Assembly: GCA_009103225.1 (NCBI GenBank)
Contig: RHPI01001116.1
Coordinates: forward strand, 1 to 64,000
Reading direction: 5' to 3'
DNA from: Chlorokybus atmophyticus
Lineage: Eukaryota > Plantae > Mesostigma and Chlorokybus algae
Length of the DNA: 64,000 nt
Shown here piece after piece: positions 63,005 to 64,000 of the stretch. Numbering within the stretch: the stretch's first letter is position 1; every line of letters begins with the position of its first letter. Made by a program: the position numbers and the translations under genes. The notes under the pieces were generated by a model. It did not search any database. It was not told the origin of the DNA and saw nothing but the letters and a program-made list of their open reading frames with translations.

Positions 63005-64000
63005 CACAAGCCAGTCGAAAATGGCTGTTTGCGTTTTGGGAGCAAACTCAGAAGGTCGAGCGAAAGCCTGAACAGGCGGTTCACTGCCATCACGTTGAAG
63101 GCGCTCGAGCATATTCAGAACACGTTTGCCTTCAATCATTTGTGTGTCTCCCAATGCCGCCCCACAAACGTGGTGAGCTTTGAGACTGTAGCTGCCATAT
63201 CAAAGAGGAAGTTAATGAGTGAGTCAATGGCCTCATGAGGATCCTCATCATAGGTGCCAAAGAAATGGTCCATAAAATTCTGTTTCGTTATGTGACCGGA
63301 AATTTTCAGGAGATGGTGGTGGAGGTGGGCCATCAGGCTCCATTAAGTCGTCCACGGTTGTACCCGCTTGCGATTCATCCGGTACAACATCTGGGTTTGG
63401 GACATCTTTCATGGAATGGTATTCCTCCTCACGGGATGGTTGCCCCTTTTCCGAATTTTCCGCTTTTGAGGTGGGCATCGAGTGCTTGTCCATTTGTCTG
63501 CACAACAGGCAAAATGGGATAGTGAGAATCTCACCAACGGAACAGGCTCAACAAAACAGTCGGATTGACCGTAAGTTGGCTTAAGTCTCAAACAGAGTCC
63601 AAACTAGTCTCGAATCAGGAATAGATGAATCCAACATATCACCAAATAGAAAAAGTCTGAATGGGATGATAAGGGCCCAACCTTAAAATAATCCCAAACA
63701 CAGTCCCGATTTTCAGCACTGAGGCAAAGAGGGAGTTGTTGGGACTACCCGGGTGAGGGGACAAATGTCCTAGTCCCGTCCCTCAAACTGTCCCAAACTG
63801 AGTCCGCAGTCTCTAGGCAAGAAGCCAGAGGGGGAGGGTTCAAAAACAGCCCCGAGGTGGATTTACGGACGGGGGTGTTGCCCACACAGATGAGTCGCAG
63901 CAGCAGGCAGTGATTGGCAATGGCAAAGCAATGATGATCAGCAATCACTAACTATGCACTGCAATAACTGTGCAACAATCACTGCGTGCAACTTAATGAC

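Larger units (their letters stand above)
56698..63505 (-). mobile_element. Decayed Ty3/gypsy chromovirus retrotransposon (gag, zinc knuckle, PR, RT, RH, IN, chromodomain); own LTRs not found
   Basis: CSFCKRSGHTEGTC knuckle; IDTGAN protease motif at about 59925; RMCMDYRALNK, YPLPRID and VLVYLDDI (RT); EFSVITDYNPL (RH); WDSVSMDLI and FHPQTNGQTER (IN); YEVEAILDH...KWKGYGPEQNSWEP. Many frameshifts and stops. Confidence 0.95.

Overview
Eukaryotic genomic DNA with GT-AG introns rich in (CA)n/(GT)n and genes with plastid-transit-like N-termini; a green or streptophyte alga is my inference. Bases 1-33945 are a segmental duplication: copy A is 1-16887 and copy B is 21931-33945, separated by an aldo-keto reductase gene. 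Each copy carries a TIR-NB-ARC-TPR (NLR-like) gene whose 42-aa TPRs are encoded by near-identical 126-bp units in one exon. Copy A has 40 units, including a 252-bp two-unit higher-order repeat and an internal TAA; copy B has 9 units and is intact. The NLR-like gene appears to occupy the place of the 5' part of an older MDR/zinc-ADH-like paralog. To the right are MgtE, ORC3, a possible LRR remnant, a (6-4) photolyase/cryptochrome, two unidentified multi-exon genes, a small HSP and a decayed Ty3/gypsy chromovirus. The chromovirus gag is interrupted by a 1943-bp composite of miniature LTR elements (TRIMs with 78-89-bp LTRs): a chimeric tandem chain, a self-nested copy and an inverted copy joined tail to tail, all flanked by one 5-bp TSD (CACAA). 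A half-LTR of the same family, with its hairpin loop inverted, sits exactly at the duplication breakpoint.
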